43,676 bases of DNA from Reclinomonas americana ATCC 50394 (GCA_048213135.1 PS015049.1:190422-234097), one strand, 5' to 3'; positions 22,872 to 38,000 are shown, counted from the stretch's first letter. Made by a program: numbers and translations. The notes: generated by a model not told the origin, from the sequence alone.

Positions 22872-25800
22872 TCACAGATCGTGACCTGCGTCGCGCGTCT
22901 CGCTCGTCACATCGAGGCCTCCTCCCTCGGCCCTCTCCAGCAACGGTACTTGCAGACTGGGTGCTCCGGTTACCACTGCGGCGGTCTGGCCTGCGGTGTT
23001 GATGACGTGCAGGCGAGCGGGTGGCGGCATTCTGCGTGGAATGTCGCGCTCTGTCACCGTGTCGTCGGTGCTGACGGCTGCCGACTCAATCGCGCCAAAT
23101 GTCTGATCGTCGTCCGTCGACTGCTTGCTGCGACTGCGTATTCTCACCAGGAAGTCTCGAGCCTGCATCGACGGGTGAGTGGGTCCGACGAGGTGTCAGT
23201 AGGGAATACAAGAAAGACAAACCTTGCGCCACCAGCGGCGAACGGCGGGGATGAACACCACCACCGAAGTCACCGACAGGAGGACCACGGTGATGTCCAC
23301 TTGCACAGTGCCGTCGATGCGTGACGACATGACGGTGGCCATGAGCACCAAGCCAAACAGGCCAATCGCCTGCCAAGCGAGTCAATAATGGGCATCATCA
23401 TTACGAGACGACAATCGCAAGTCGTAGTTCCCAAACCTCAAACACATTGGCCGTCTTGCCCTCGTACGGCCAGAGCCACAAATGGAGCTGCATGAACGTG
23501 ACTGTGAGGTGTGACGGCTCCAGTGGCTCACCAACTGCGTAGAAAACGAACCAGCAGGAAGAGCATGCACAACAGCCACAACAGAATCGTCATCACGTCA
23601 ATGTATCCGCGTGCGGCCAGCGGGAAGAACACCACCAGCACCAGTGCGCGTTGTGCCAAATGCCACGACTCCAACCACACGAACTTGGCACGCGTGAGAA
23701 GGAACAGAGGGCCCAGCTGACGGCGCATCTGCAGAGAGCAGAGTCAGTATCCTGTGCAAACAGCAGCAGCTCAGTGGACTGGAAGGATATAAAACCTTGG
23801 TGGTCTGCAGCCGCTGTGAGCGTTGCATGAAAAGCAACCAGACGGTCAGTGCCACTGGTGTCAGCGCCAGCAGAACGAGAACGGTGATGACAAAGGGAGT
23901 GAGGCTCTGCCACCTGTGCATCATCAAATCCGCATTCAGTCAGCACTGCAAGAAGTGCTTCTCGAATGCTGCTGCAGCACGTACCGGTCATCGCAGGCGA
24001 CACTTGGCACGAGAAGCACGAATCTTCCGGTGCCGACTTGCTTGCACGTCAGGAAGGAGATGCAGGTGGCCATGATTCCAAAGTAACTGTGCGCTGCAGT
24101 GAGTCACGAGTGGCAGCATACATGACCTGTCGCACAAGCACACCTGGTGATACCCAGCACAATGCTGGTACGAATGTCTGCAGCGACACAGGATGTCAAC
24201 TACCAAGGAAGCGACTCTCTGCAGTGATGACGGGCAACAGCACGCAACAGAAATCAGAGTGCGCCCAGCGGCTGAAAGCCTCGCCCGCACGCGAACGGTG
24301 CCCGCCACACGCACGAATGATGCGTGCAATGGCCATGTGCACCAGCAGAGTCATCCACACAAAGCCGACGTACACAAACGGTGTCAACATGGAGAAAATA
24401 ATGGAGCCGATGCCGTCAACTATACGACACGCAGACAGTGGTGTTGGTACGTGGAGGAGAGAGAAGCACGGCGAGAATAGCACGACGTACTCGGGAATGG
24501 GCAGTTTGCGCTCAAGGCACCGCCAAGTGGCAAATGGAAGTTGATGATGCGCTGCGGAAGCGAAGCAGTGTTAAACGCAGACGGAAGACAGCGGAGCGGG
24601 TACCAAATAGGCCAACAAAACACTCACCTCGAATGCCACCAACTGCGCCACAGACACGTGTACAGACCAGTGAGCGACTGCTAACCATACGCTTCTTCCA
24701 CTCCCTCACTAACTCACTCACCTCCGTGTTCGGGTACAGCAGCAGCGAAGTGACTTGCGACACAAAGAAGAACATTTTGGTGGAGACCTGCAGCAGCGAT
24801 GAGAATTCCATTGCGGTTCGCCAACATCCCTAAAGACTGTTACGGACCTGCGCCTGGCCCTGCGCCAGCACATGTGACGCAAGTGCCCACAGCCACATTT
24901 TGGCAAAGAGCCACACAATGGCTCGGGCGTCGGGTCCGGTGCACGGCAGGCACTCGTTGCCCCACAACGAGTATCCATCCTGCAAATGCGGAAAATGGTG
25001 AGTGAATCTCACAAAGCCATCCGCACGTATGCGCGATGTCATTATGAACCTGGCACTTGCCGCACTGCATCAAGCACGTAAGAAAAGTCAGCACTTCGAG
25101 CGGGGGGAGTACAAACAACGGTGCCACACGTACCAGAGGCGAGTTTGTGTCTCTGTGACTCGTCGGATTGCAGTACGACGTGTTGGCGGCAAACGGTGTG
25201 TTATCGGTGTTGCGGATGCAGTAATCGTACGGACACACGTAGGTCTCGACTTGGCCACTCGGTTCGACTTGCTGGCTGCGACCGAGCTGGTACGACTCGT
25301 ACGACTGAATAGGGAACGTCCATCTGTGCGTGGTCTCGTGCTGGTGAGTACCCACGGCAAGCAAGCAATCTACAAGAAAAAGCCACAAGCCGTACCTTCC
25401 GTCCTGGACCACCACATTGGCGCCACTCAGGCACTGCATTCCTGCTGGACACTCCTGACACCGCTGCTGAAACAGTGAGCCGGGCAGCGACAATGACCTG
25501 CACCACACAATCAGACACGCTGGATAGATATCGGTGGCGGCCGAGTGTTTCACCCAACGCACCCGAGCGGACAGTTGGTGCAGCCCTCGTTGGTGATGTA
25601 CTGCTGCCCCACCGGACACGGCAGCACCACCATTGGCATGGGTGCTGGGTCGATGCCGAGTGTGGCAGACTCGCTCTTGACTGTCACCTCAAAGTCGTAC
25701 CCGTCGCCCGCAGTTCCCATGGTGGTCACTGGCAACTCAAAGGTCGCCACACCACCACGCGTGGCCTCTGCGGTCACAGTTGACTGACACCGATGCAGAA

Positions 25801-28800
25801 TGAGCACACATGCACACACATGCACACACATGTAGCACATCGAAAAATCTCACCGAATTCGAGCAACCGGGGCAACTCATTTGCAGCACGAAGCCGTCGA
25901 GTGTCGACAGTGTGGTGTTGAAGACGTCGGTGACCATCACAGCCACAGTTCGAGCCTGCGCAGCCGACGGTGGCATGGCCATCGGAGTTTCATGCACTGC
26001 CTTGGCCGTGAACGGAGCTACGCACACAACACACAACAAGTCAAGATCAAAACCCGCCACAATGTACCATTCTGCTGCACGTACGCAACATGACGCCGTG
26101 CTGTTTCCGTAGGCTGCCGAATTGCCGACAAATGTGAGGCCACGCTGCTGATCCCATATTGGTTGCCACACGACAGTGGCCAGTCGAAGCAGTTCGAGAC
26201 CATTGACGGCTCCGTCCCAGAATATGCCAGCTGTCGCGAAAACACGGATAAGAAGAATTAATCTCACTTGCACGCGCGTGCCTGCTCCGACTCTTCACAC
26301 GAACCGCCACCACCCGGAGCAATGTCGCCGTCGCTGAGGGCTGATTTGAGTGCAATGTTGTGATTGAACTGCACCGACTGGAGACTGACGCCCAGCGGAT
26401 CGGAGAAGGCAGTGGTCCGCGTTTCTGCAGTCGTCGAATCCAAGGACGCAAAATTGACGTACAGAGCCGCACCGCGACGACCATTGTTGCCATCAAACAG
26501 CGTGTTGGAAATGGACGCCGCGCCGGCCGTTATCAGGCTGATGGCGCCACCATCCTGCACGGCCGAGTTGCGAGAGAAGATCGACTGCTGAACGGAGAAT
26601 GAGGTAAAGGATGTGGCACTGATCGCACCGCCGTTGGAGCCTGTTGCAGCATTGCCGGAAAACGTTACGCCAGTCATATTGACCGCGGCCGAGTCCTGAA
26701 TCAACATGGCGCCTCCTGTCGGAGCAAAGTTGCCGACAAAGGAGCCGTCGCTAAGCGACAGCTGCACAGAATCGGCCACGTAGAGAGAGCCTCCAGAGTT
26801 GGAGGCCACATTATCCGTGCACGTGACAGTGTCGAGTAGAACTTGCGCACTGCCAGCGAGAAACGCCGAACCGCCCGAGTAGGCCGCTGACCCATATTGC
26901 AGCTGCCCCGCGAGGTGTGTTAGCAGGCATCATCAACCACGTCCCACATGGACAAACACGGATGGAGAAAAGAAACCTGGCTGAAAGCCTCCTGCCACGT
27001 CGTCAATCCGGTGGCAAACACATGACCGCCATCGGTCTGAGCCTTGTTGTCGGAGATGGTGGCCGCCGAAGAAAAGAGCCGTGCCACCTGTTGCGAGTAA
27101 ATGCCACCTCCCGCCAGCGTAGCGCTGTTGGAATCGAGAGTCACCACGAAATTGGTGACGGTGGCGGCGCCGCTCCTATGGTTCAAGCGACGCCTGGTCA
27201 GCATGCAGCGCACAATTCTCACACTTGCTCGCCGTCACGCAACAGATACATGCCACCGCCATCGGCCCGAGTGGCCACGTTGCCAGATATCAAAACGTAG
27301 TTGAAAAAGTGACTGCTTTGATCGGTGACAAACATGCCACCGCCAAAGGTGGCACGATTCTTGATAACAGACGACTGGTACCATTCCGTGATGGCGCTAA
27401 CACCCGCATAAAACCCGCCCCCAAAGCCCACAGCTGTGTTGTTGTAGACCACGGAACCGCCTTGTACCGTAAGCTGTGCCGTAGACGACATGTACAGACC
27501 GCCACCGTTACTGAAATTGGCCATATTGCTTGTCACGTTGCACGATTGAAGCGTCTTCGGGTTGCGCACAGGAAAACACACACACAAAATGAGCGGAATA
27601 ATGGACGCTCCAGGTTGACTGCAAACAAATGTAGTACGCAACTGCCTGGACCATTTGGCCAACCAGTGAGATACCGCCACCGAATTCGGCAGTGTTGAAC
27701 GACACGGTGCTGTTGATCACCGACACTCCACTCTGAGGAAGCACGACGCCGATGCCACCGCCGCTGGCCGTCATGGCAGTGTTGCCAGAGATCACTGAGC
27801 GAATGATCTTGGAAGACAGACCGGCGGCAGACACGCCACCGGCACCATTGTCGGAAAATGACAGGTTGTTGATGACATACGAGTCCATGATCGTCGAATA
27901 GAAGAGGAGGACGCCACCGCCGCTGGCCACCTGCGCGTTGACGATGTTGCCCTGAAATGTGCAGTTCATCGCCACGCTGGCTGAATCCAAAAGCAGAGCG
28001 CCTCCACCACACGCTTGACCAGCCGACACAGGCGGGGAATACAGCATCAGCACGTTGTTCGCAAACCAGCAATTGATCAGGGTCGAGTTCGTGGTGGCAA
28101 ACACCGCGCCACCACCGTTGATGGAGCCGGAATCGAAGTATATGTTGTCGTTCTTCGAAATTAAGCCTCCCTGACCAGGTTCGTGCGCCTGATTGCCCAC
28201 GAGTGTCGAATTGAGCAACTGCACCGGACCTTGGCCGATCATGATAGCGCCTGCGTTGGTACACGCAGTCGTCAAGAACACAGCTATATGTGTGCTTCGA
28301 TCATGCGAACACGAAACCTCCGCCATTGCGCTGGCTTCCACGAGCGTCCAGAACATTGTGCGCGCCACCAGAGCCTGCGCACGGTAAGAAAGAAAGATAA
28401 GTCTTCAGTGTCCCGAGATGAGAGAACGAGAGGACGCACCATCTCGAATCGACATATTTTGCGTCAGTGTGCAGTTTCGAATTATAGCAGGCGTCTGCAC
28501 ATGAACGAGGGGGAAATCAGCTTGTGCAAGCGACAGTGGAGTGGAGCTGTGTCAGAGTACACACCGTGGCGCCAGACGCGAGGAATATACCGCTGCGGTA
28601 TCACCACCGTCAGAGCGTGAGTATTACAACGCACGGGGCACAGCTGCGATGATTTGGATACATGCACATACCCGCCACCATTGTAGCCGCCGGAACTCGA
28701 GCCGAAGCGCGTGTTGTTTGCTCCGCCGGAACCATTCTCTGCCGTGTACAAGTGCGTTTCTGTGAATCACAAGCACAGCAGCGAAGGGAGACACGTGCAC

Positions 28801-31800
28801 GACGGCGCACCTTGTGACGTGTTGTTGAAGAACACACAGCTGTCGATCAACGAACCCATGTCACTCACTCGCATATGCACAGCACCTGCGCAAGCCGCGT
28901 GATGATGCCCACCATCGCAGAGCCAACAGTGTCATTAATGTGCAAGCAACTCACCTCCACCGTTGAATGTGGACAGGCTGGATCCGAGATACTTGCTACT
29001 ACTGCCACCGTTGCCGTTATTTGTGGCCATGTTGGAGGAGAAAGTGCAGTTGGCCACAGTCGCCTGTCGCGGAGGAGATGAGTGACGTGACGTGGGTCGC
29101 AAAAGACAACCACAATCGTGACTCACCAAGCCCAGCGAACTGATCAGCAGTGCTCCTCCTCCGCTTCCTAAACCGGAGGAAGAGGCGGTTGAGTCGTAGC
29201 TGCCGCCACTGCTGTTTGAGTCGGCCACGTTGTTGACAAAGTGCGAGTTCGCATACGTCTGAGCGACGTGGGTGAGGTGGCGGCGTCACATCAGTGCGTC
29301 AAAGGGAACGCAGAAGTGCGTACCTGCTGGCCGGCAAACGTAAAGTGACACAGAATAGCGCCGCCTCCCGCGGTGGAAATGGAAGTGTTGCCTGCGACAA
29401 AGGCGAAGGTGAAACACGAGACAATCAAAGCGAGGCCAAGTGGGCCTACCTCCGTCGTAGTTGTGGTCACCACCTGGTTGTGGCCAGAACACAGCGTGTG
29501 AGTGTGTGCCGTCGCCTAGCATCACGAAAGAATATAGCTGAACTCACCGCGTGCATTGCCAGCGGCCACGTTGGAGGAGAACACAGAAGAAGAGACCGAC
29601 TGTAAAAACGCACACGTAAGTCACTCTGTCGCCGCTGGTCAGTAGATTAGGAGCATTTACCTGCGCGCCCAGACTAAAGTTCGACCACACGGCACCACCT
29701 CCACACGGACCGCCGCTGGCATTGCCACTGCTCTCCGTAACTCGATCGCCACCGTTGCAGTTTTGCTGCAAGGGGTTGTGTCGGGTGAGAGACAGTTATC
29801 GGATACGGCATGAACTGTTAACAACTCGCTCTCACCGACGCGACATTCCCCTGGAATAAGGAGCCGACGATTGTCTGCGATTCACGAGGAGTCGCAAGTC
29901 ACGCCATGCTACACTTCCGAGCACTCGCACTTCGTAATAGATACCTGATAACCAGTTTGCTGAGTTCCCACAGCATTGGCTCCGATAAAAGTGGCCCAGA
30001 TGGCGCTGTGAGCAAACGACTCGCATTGGCAAGCAATGATGCAAACGACGACTAGCACAACAGAAACGAAACCCGCCGCCGGAGTAACCGGCTGTCGAAT
30101 CCGACGTCATTCTCGAATCGGTACCGCCTACCAGACTGCAAGTCAGGACACGTACGGGCACGAATTGCAGTTGTCTTGTTACCTTTGGCATTCAGCGCGG
30201 CGATGTTGCCGGTGAACGATGAGCTTTGCACAATCTACGGACGTATTAACACATCAGCGACTGCAGCAGGGTGCAATCATACAACAGAAAGCACGCAACC
30301 TGTGAAGTGGGTCCCTGATTTGCATACAGATACACAGCACCACCTCCGCTGTCTGTGGATAAGAAACACACAGAGTAAGCAAGCCATGCATGGATGCATG
30401 AATTCATACACACACAACGCAACAGCCACCCGAAGCCACGGCGGCAGCCCAGCTGTACGAGCCACCGCTGTCCCGCAACGTAACAGAGTTAGTTAGCAAA
30501 CCATGGGCACGAAAGACCAAAGATGGCAGGAACTCTGCAGCAAACTTTGCATTTCTGGTTGACGCGTTTCCGGTAAAGTTGCTGGAGGAAATGAGCTGTG
30601 TGACGACCAGAGAAAGAGTGAGAAGAGAGTGGTTTGCTAAGAAAAATCCACAGCAAAATGAAGCCATCACACCTGTTGGCCACCGCTCTCGAAAAAGTAG
30701 ACGTAGATGGCACCTACGCCGGCACCAGTGGTAAGAAAGGACGATAATCAACCAAAGTTAGCTGCCTCATTCTTGTTGGATTACGTACCGCCACCACAAC
30801 GACCTTTCGAAGAATCAGCATCACCGGCAGTCACCACTCCACCTACCCGCACACAGTTTGGTCAGCAACATACAACCATGATTGCAGAGTAGTGTGCGTT
30901 TTTTTCGCACCTCTGCAGTTCAACGTGGCGGTGTTGTTGACAAACGACGACTCACTGACGGTATGATTGCCGCCGCCGCCGAGATACAGGAAGATGGCAC
31001 CACCGCCGCTCTGTCGAAGAACCACAGAGTTAACAACAACACGTCTGCGGGTTCTGTGCATGGAGCAAACAAAACTGTCCCGCCACTGGCCACACTCGGC
31101 CCGTTCCCAGAACTGGTTCCGGCGCTTCCATTATTGTTCGCCGTGTTGCCGACCCAGCGAGTGTTTACAAGGGTCTGTGTGCGAGAGAACATGTGTACCG
31201 ACATCTACCGACACCTCGGTGCTGGCAATTGCTTACCTGTGTCATTAAGTACGCGGAATACACAAACAGTGCACCACCTGAGCACCATTTGCATGTGTGA
31301 GAATCACGATGCCTACAGAAGGGACGGATCAAGATTTTTTCTCAAGTCACTGCGCACCACCCGATGTGCCGCCCTGGGCACTGTTGGAGTTGGTTGTCGA
31401 GATGCCGCCGTTTCCTGCACATACATACACGTGAGGAGACAGACAACCTTTCACTCTTTCTCTTTCACTCTCAGATACACACTCACCATTGTCATAGGCC
31501 GCATTGCCAGTGAATGTCGAATTGTTGATGTTCTGCAGTGTATCAATCGGTTGAGAACAAGAAAGGATACGCACTTGCTTTTTCCTTTTCACTCCGCACC
31601 TGAGTAAGCTGGCCGAAAGAGTACACCCATGCCGCGCCGCCCTACAACAAAGAAAGCCCATGTCACAAACTGTGGACGCGCAAGACAACTCGGGAGATCA
31701 ATGGCGAAACTCCCGAGTATCCGACACGCGAATCACTGGAGGTGGAAGAGGCTGCGTTTCCACCGATTAGGCAGCCACTGCCGTTGCCAGTGGCAATGTT

Positions 31801-34721
31801 CTTGGAGAACGTGGAGTTCGTGATGGTCTGTGTGAGTGGGGACTGGAGCAAAGGAACGGGTGTCAGGAGAGTGAAAGAAGCGTGATCAGGCGCACGAGAA
31901 GAGACAGTACCGCCAAGGAAGCCTGATAGAAGACAGCCATGAAACTATACCAGGCACATGCTTGTAAGTTCACGAGTGCCAACATGCATGCACTCCCACC
32001 ACGACGTACCCTCCGCCGCCCCCCAGTCCGGCCACAGCACTGGTATCGGCCGGGACTCCGTACCCGCCCATGACTGCAAACACGGGGAGTTAGTTAGTTC
32101 GCACGCACAACAGCAGCCTGGTTGAGCGTACATACCATTGTAGAGGGCCGTGTTGTTGAAAAACGTGCAGCCGGTGATTGTGTGTGTGCCCGACGAAGGG
32201 AACACCAGGAAGAAGCTGTCCATGCACCACCGAAAAAAAGAAAGATGAGGACACGTTGCTGGTGGTAGTGCTCTCTTGCTGCTTCGCCACGTACCCTCCG
32301 CCACCGGCGGCTCCGGCTGTGGCCTGCGACAATGGTGCCTCTGCGCTGTTATTACCTCCATTGGCTGCGCATCGCAGAGATGTCAGGGCAGACAGACAAG
32401 GCAGCGAGCAAAAGATGCAGATCGTAGCCAACCGTTGTATGCAGCCACGTTGCTTGAAAACACCGTGTTTATCATCTGTACCGCACACTGGCAAGTCACG
32501 CACTGCACGGTGGTGAATTAAGTGCAAAAGGACGACGCACCGTAATCGCGGCTGAGAAAATGCTGCTGCCGGAGATCCACAGGCCTCCGCCACCAGAGTT
32601 GGACATACTGGAGAAGAAGTTCTCCATTTGACCAATGGCGTTCTGCGACGGACCAGTGTTCCACGTGCCACCGTCTGTGGATAAGTGCGCGCGCACATGG
32701 TCAAAACTACAGCCTGTGAAGCACACCAAGAGAGCATCGCAACGCACTGGCATTGTACGTGGCCACATTGCCCTGCCACACACTATCCGACAACTGACGG
32801 GAAAGAGAGAGAGAGAGAGAGAGTGAACATAGAAATCAACAGTGAATGCATGCACACTCCCTCGTGTTCCATTACCGATACTTGCGACACCGAAGACAGC
32901 ATCGCACCGCCTCCTCCGCACGAGTAACCCGAGTTGGCCAATGCAGTTGTTGGCCCGTACATGCCGCCGTTGCAGTTGTTGGTAGCTGCATGGACATCGT
33001 GAAGAGTGAGAGGTATTGAAATCGATGCGCGGAAGCTGACAAGCACTCACCGATGTTTCCGATGAATTGAGAACCGTTGTTTACCTGCATGCGATGGGGA
33101 CGGGGATAAGGCAACAATAGATCACGCGACAGAAGACAGCTTGCAAGCACACACCTCAAACTCGCCACTGCCGGTGAGCACAGTAATGTACAAGGCGCCA
33201 CCGCCCGAGCTCACACCGCCATTAAGTGATGCATAGAGCGGCGGCGATTCGCCGACAGAGACTCCATTGGAACATCCACTGACTACGTTATTGGCAAAGG
33301 TGGAGGCACTGATGGACACGGATAAAGTCGACTGCGCGTAGAGGGCACCACCTGCACAAGCGCGTTAACATTTCGAGATTTTGACGCTGGTACTGCGGGA
33401 GCTCACGCACCACCAATGTAAGAGTTGCCGTTGCCGTTGGTCCCACTAATCAAAGACGCTGCTGTTACGGGTGTTCCACAGCCTGTTACCTGGTTACCAG
33501 AGAAGGTGCTGTTGTTGATGCCAATGTACTGACACTGACTACAGTACACGGCTCCACCTACAAGAAAATTGTCTGTGACCATCCGGTCCTGAACTCAAGC
33601 AACGACGGTTAGAGCAGACACGCGTACCTCCGGAGTAGGAGGCGAGCAGCGACGAAGCGGAGTTCGAAGCAAACACGGTCGAATTCAACCACAGCTGATT
33701 CACCATCGCCAGGTACAAGGCGCCGCCGCCGCCCGACAGACTGTCGTTGTTGGACCCAGTCACCGTATTGGCCGTGAAGTTGGACGACAGCACGCTGAAC
33801 ACATTCGCTGTGCCGGTCATGTAAATGGCGCCACCACGCGCATTGGCCGTCGACACCGTGCACGCGGCAAAGACCGAGTTGGTGATGGTCCACTCGGAAA
33901 ACATGCCTTGAGCTGCGATGCAGCCGCCACTGGCCGTGGTGCCACCCGACGACTGAAAGACGGAGCCGGTAATGGCCACAGACGTGCTCGGTACCGTTGT
34001 GCCTCGCATGGACACCACAGGCCCCTCCGGCAAGCCACTGAATGTGCATTGCGAGATCTGGATAATCGACGAGCTGTAGACAAACGGCGCGATGCTCAGC
34101 AGCACCGCGCTGCCAGAGATCACCACGTACTGCTGCGAAAATGTGACTGTGATGCCCTGCAGCGAGATCAACGGTCCGGCCGTGATGTTCAACGCGAGAC
34201 CGACATCTGGCTGATACACGACTGGGTTTTGTGGGGTGCCGAGGCCCATCAGGGTCACGTTGCGCGCTGCGAGGCACACGCCGATCAGTGAGACATACCC
34301 CTCGCATAGAACGGAGAGAAGGCTGGAGGAGAAGAAAGAGAGACGCAACGTACGGTGGGCGCAATGTTCACACCAAACTCGTAGTACGTGCCTGGCTGGA
34401 TCAGGGCGACGAATGACCAACTGGGGTCTGTCATGGAGAAGCCTCGGTAGCCACACGAGGCATACGCTGTGCTGATGTCACACAGGTTGTTCACGCTGGT
34501 GCCACACGTGGAGGCACCACCACTTGCGTAGCCGACATTGACTGCATGAGGTGATGACGACGACAACCATATGAGAGAATGCATTGACTGAATCTTTCAC
34601 ACGCTCACGCGCCCTCTCATGCACACACACCTTCACACACAGTGGCGGCTGCGGCTGTTGCTCCACTCAACAACATGCTCACGCTGGTACAACACAACAA
34701 GAGCGCAAGCAAACTGCACAT
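22872..34721 (-). CDS. Large cell-surface protein: signal peptide, many GGA(I/L)/FxxN right-handed beta-helix (Pmp-like) repeats, Cys-rich stalk, multi-pass (about 7 TM) C-terminus
   Basis: N-terminus MCSLLALLLCCTSVSMLL. Repeats such as FVGNFAPTGGAM, FSGNAATGSNGGAI, FSRNSAVQDGGAI and FNTAEFGGGI. Cys motifs CPVGQQY..CTNCPLG, CQECPAGMQC, CPYDYC and CGKCQ|GYSLWGNECLPC. Hydrophobic segments at 24900-23230. Exon structure was not fully resolved. Confidence 0.8.
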
Positions 34722-35082
34722 CAGGTCGACATGACGGCGTCTACTACTGGCGTTGAGTGCTGCACTCGCACTTGGTCTTCTTGGTAATCTGGTCCTCATT
34801 AACACAGCAAACCTCCTCTCTCTCTCTCTCTCTCCCTCCTCTATCAATGGCGATGCGATCGGCGATCCCGCTTTTGGTGTGGTCAAGGACACGCGACGTT
34901 CACCGATGCATCATCCATCTTCTCTTGTGAATTACTTCTTCCCTACGTAATACGCATCGCATGTGTGAGCAGGCATTTTGGTACATGGACAGGCAAGCCA
35001 TTTTCATTGCATCCCGACATCAACACGCTTTCTTCTCTCCGCATGCACGGACGTCGACGTCGACAAGGAGTGCTGGATCCGG

Positions 35083-38000
35083 TCACTTGCGGGATGAGCC
35101 ACTGAAGCTTCCACTGCCACTGCCACTGCCGCTGGCTCCGGTTTCATCGGTCCAGCCTCCGTAGTCTTGTCGGAATTCGGGATTGGCCAGCTTGTTGCGA
35201 CGCGACTCGGAGAGACGTGCTCTCTCCTGCCACGTTTCCTTCTTGAATTGCTCGCTCTTGAGCATGTCGGCCAGACGTTCCTGCGCGCCTTCCAGCTCCT
35301 GCATGGGGAAAGGGTGAGTGGAGCGTATGGAGGTAAGCTGAGGACGCGAGACGCAACACTCTGCAGGAACTCGAAAAGCTCTCGCTTGCTGTCATTCTCC
35401 TCTGTAAAAAAAAAAAATAGAATGCAACGCGCGTCAGCTCTCCCACACTAGTCGCAAGCATGGAGAGTGTGGCAAACCGTAAAAGGCATACACGTAGGAC
35501 CACTGCGTGGCGACAGAGAGAGAGAGGGAGAGTGAGCGGCAGGAGATTGTGGGGTGCGTAGAACACGAGCACACCTTCAGGGTCTTTCGACTGCGCAGCA
35601 GTGTCTTGCAAGCGTCGCGAATCAAGTCCAGGCAGATGGGGTAATCAGGAGCCGCAGGATCAAGCTGCACAAGCGGAGCGTGAGAGAAACGGCGGGGGGC
35701 GGCAGAACAGAGGAAGAAAGTGAGAACCTTGCGAGCGTGAATGTTGGCCTGCTTCTTCATGTCGGCCTCGTACTTTTCGGAGAGCTTGTGATTCATGTAG
35801 CGCTGATAAACACACAAGCGTGAGTCGACCGACACATCNNNNNNNNNNNNNNNNNNNNNNNNNNNNNNNNNNNNNNNNNNNNNNNNNNNNNNNNNNNNNN
35901 NNNNNNNNNNNNNNNNNNNNNNNNNNNNNNNNNNNNNNNNNNNNNNNNNNNNNNNNNNNNNNNNNNNNNNNNNNNNNNNNNNNNNNNNNNNNNNNNNNNN
36001 NNNNNNNNNNNNNNNNNNNNNNNNNNNNNNNNNNNNNNNNNNNNNNNNNNNNNNNNNNNNNNNNNNNNNNNNNNNNNNNNNNNNNNNNNNNNNNNNNNNN
36101 NNNNNNNNNNNNNNNNNNNNNNNNNNNNNNNNNNNNNNNNNNNNNNNNNNNNNNNNNNNNNNNNNNNNNNNNNNNNNNNNNNNNNNNNNNNNNNNNNNNN
36201 NNNNNNNNNNNNNNNNNNNNNNNNNNNNNNNNNNNNNNNNNNNNNNNNNNNNNNNNNNNNNNNNNNNNNNNNNNNNNNNNNNNNNNNNNNNNNNNNNNNN
36301 NNNNNNNNNNNNNNNNNNNNNNNNNNNNNNNNNNNNNNNNNNNNNNCTCTTCTGTCTGCTATCCTCTCACCTCTCCCACCGCGCAGCTGGCACGTTCCGC
36401 CGCGGTGCACCGGGAACCTCGGAGACCTGCATGGTATGCTTTGAGGAGCTGCCGGGTCCGGAGCTGGCGTCGCTGTCGTGCGGACACATGTTTTGTGAGA
36501 CGTGCTGGCAGGGCTTCTTGGCGGCGTCTGTGGACGAAGGTGTGTGTGTGTGTGCCCTGCGGAACGAGTGCGGATGTGCTTCTCACCCACAAGTTCGGCG
36601 CAGGTTTCGGCTGCATCCACAAGACGTGCATGCATCCGGACTGCGACGTGATTGTCGACAGCCAGGCGTGGGAGGAGCTCGGCGACGAGGCGACCGTCGA
36701 AAAGTACAAGATGTTCCTGGCTCGCTCGTTTGTGCAGGATGTTGCGTGCCCGTGGCCTCCGTTGATTTTCACCATCCCGTTGGTTAGTTTTTCTAACTTG
36801 ACGGCAGAACCCCAAACTGCGATGGTGCCCGGCGCCTGGCTGTGGCAAGGCCATTTTCGTCAGCACCACCACTCGCCTCACCGTGCGCTGCCAGTGTGGT
36901 CTCGATTTCTGGTACGCATCCAGTCTCTCGTGCCTTTTGCGTTGCCGCCGCCAACTCTTCCCCATGTCGCGCACAGTTTCCAATGCAACGATGAGGCACA
37001 CGGGCCAGCTACGTGCGAGGAAGTGAAGAGGTGGGTGAAGCGCGAGACCGACGACGGCGCAACAGCCGACTGGATGTCGGCCAACAATGTCAAGAACTGC
37101 CCGTTCTGCACGGTCAAAGTGTTCAAGGTGCGCCATTTTGTGTTTTCTCGCGTCATTCGGTCGCCGGTTACTTACTCATCACAATGCTCGTCACGCCAAC
37201 AGCAAGACGGCTGCATGAGTATGACGTGTTCGCAGTGTCGGGTGCGTTTCTCCCCTTTGTTGCTTCATGCTTCTTGTGTCGTGACTGACTGACTGACTCT
37301 TGCGTGCGCAGAAAGTTGAGCATTCCACCTGCTTTGCGTTCGGTGGTGGTGTAGAACACTCACTTTGTCGGTCTGTCTCTGACAGGAATTCTGCTGGGTG
37401 TGCCTCGGAGGTTGCGTGTGTGCCGTTGTTCTCACCACACTGTGTGAGAGATGTGTTTGTCACACGCGTTTGTTCTCTGTCACAGCTGCACACGGTCACT
37501 TCTTTGAGGAGTCAGGGTGCGCATCATCGCCCTCGTTTCCCAACTCTCTCTCGAGTTCCTGATCGCATCATACACGCACAGTTGCAACCGTTACAAGCCC
37601 AACAAGGATCCGAGGCTGAAGGAGACCAAGGAGTCGCTCGAGCGCTTCACGGTACGCGTTGTCGTCGTCATCCATTCGCTCTCTTCTCGCTCACGACTGC
37701 TCTTGCCTGCCAACCATCACGCAGCATTACTACGAGGTGAGTGGCTTTCATGTTGTTTGCGAGANNNNNNNNNNNNNNNNNNNNNNNNNNNNNNNNNNNN
37801 NNNNNNNNNNNNNNNNNNNNNNNNNNNNNNNNNNNNNNNNNNNNNNNNNNNNNNNNNNNNNNNNNNNNNNNNNNNNNNNNNNNNNNNNNNNNNNNNNNNN
37901 NNNNNNNNNNNNNNNNNNNNNNNNNNNNNNNNNNNNNNNNNNNNNNNNNNNNNNNNNNNNNNNNNNNNNNNNNNNNNNNNNNNNNNNNNNNNNNNNNNNN

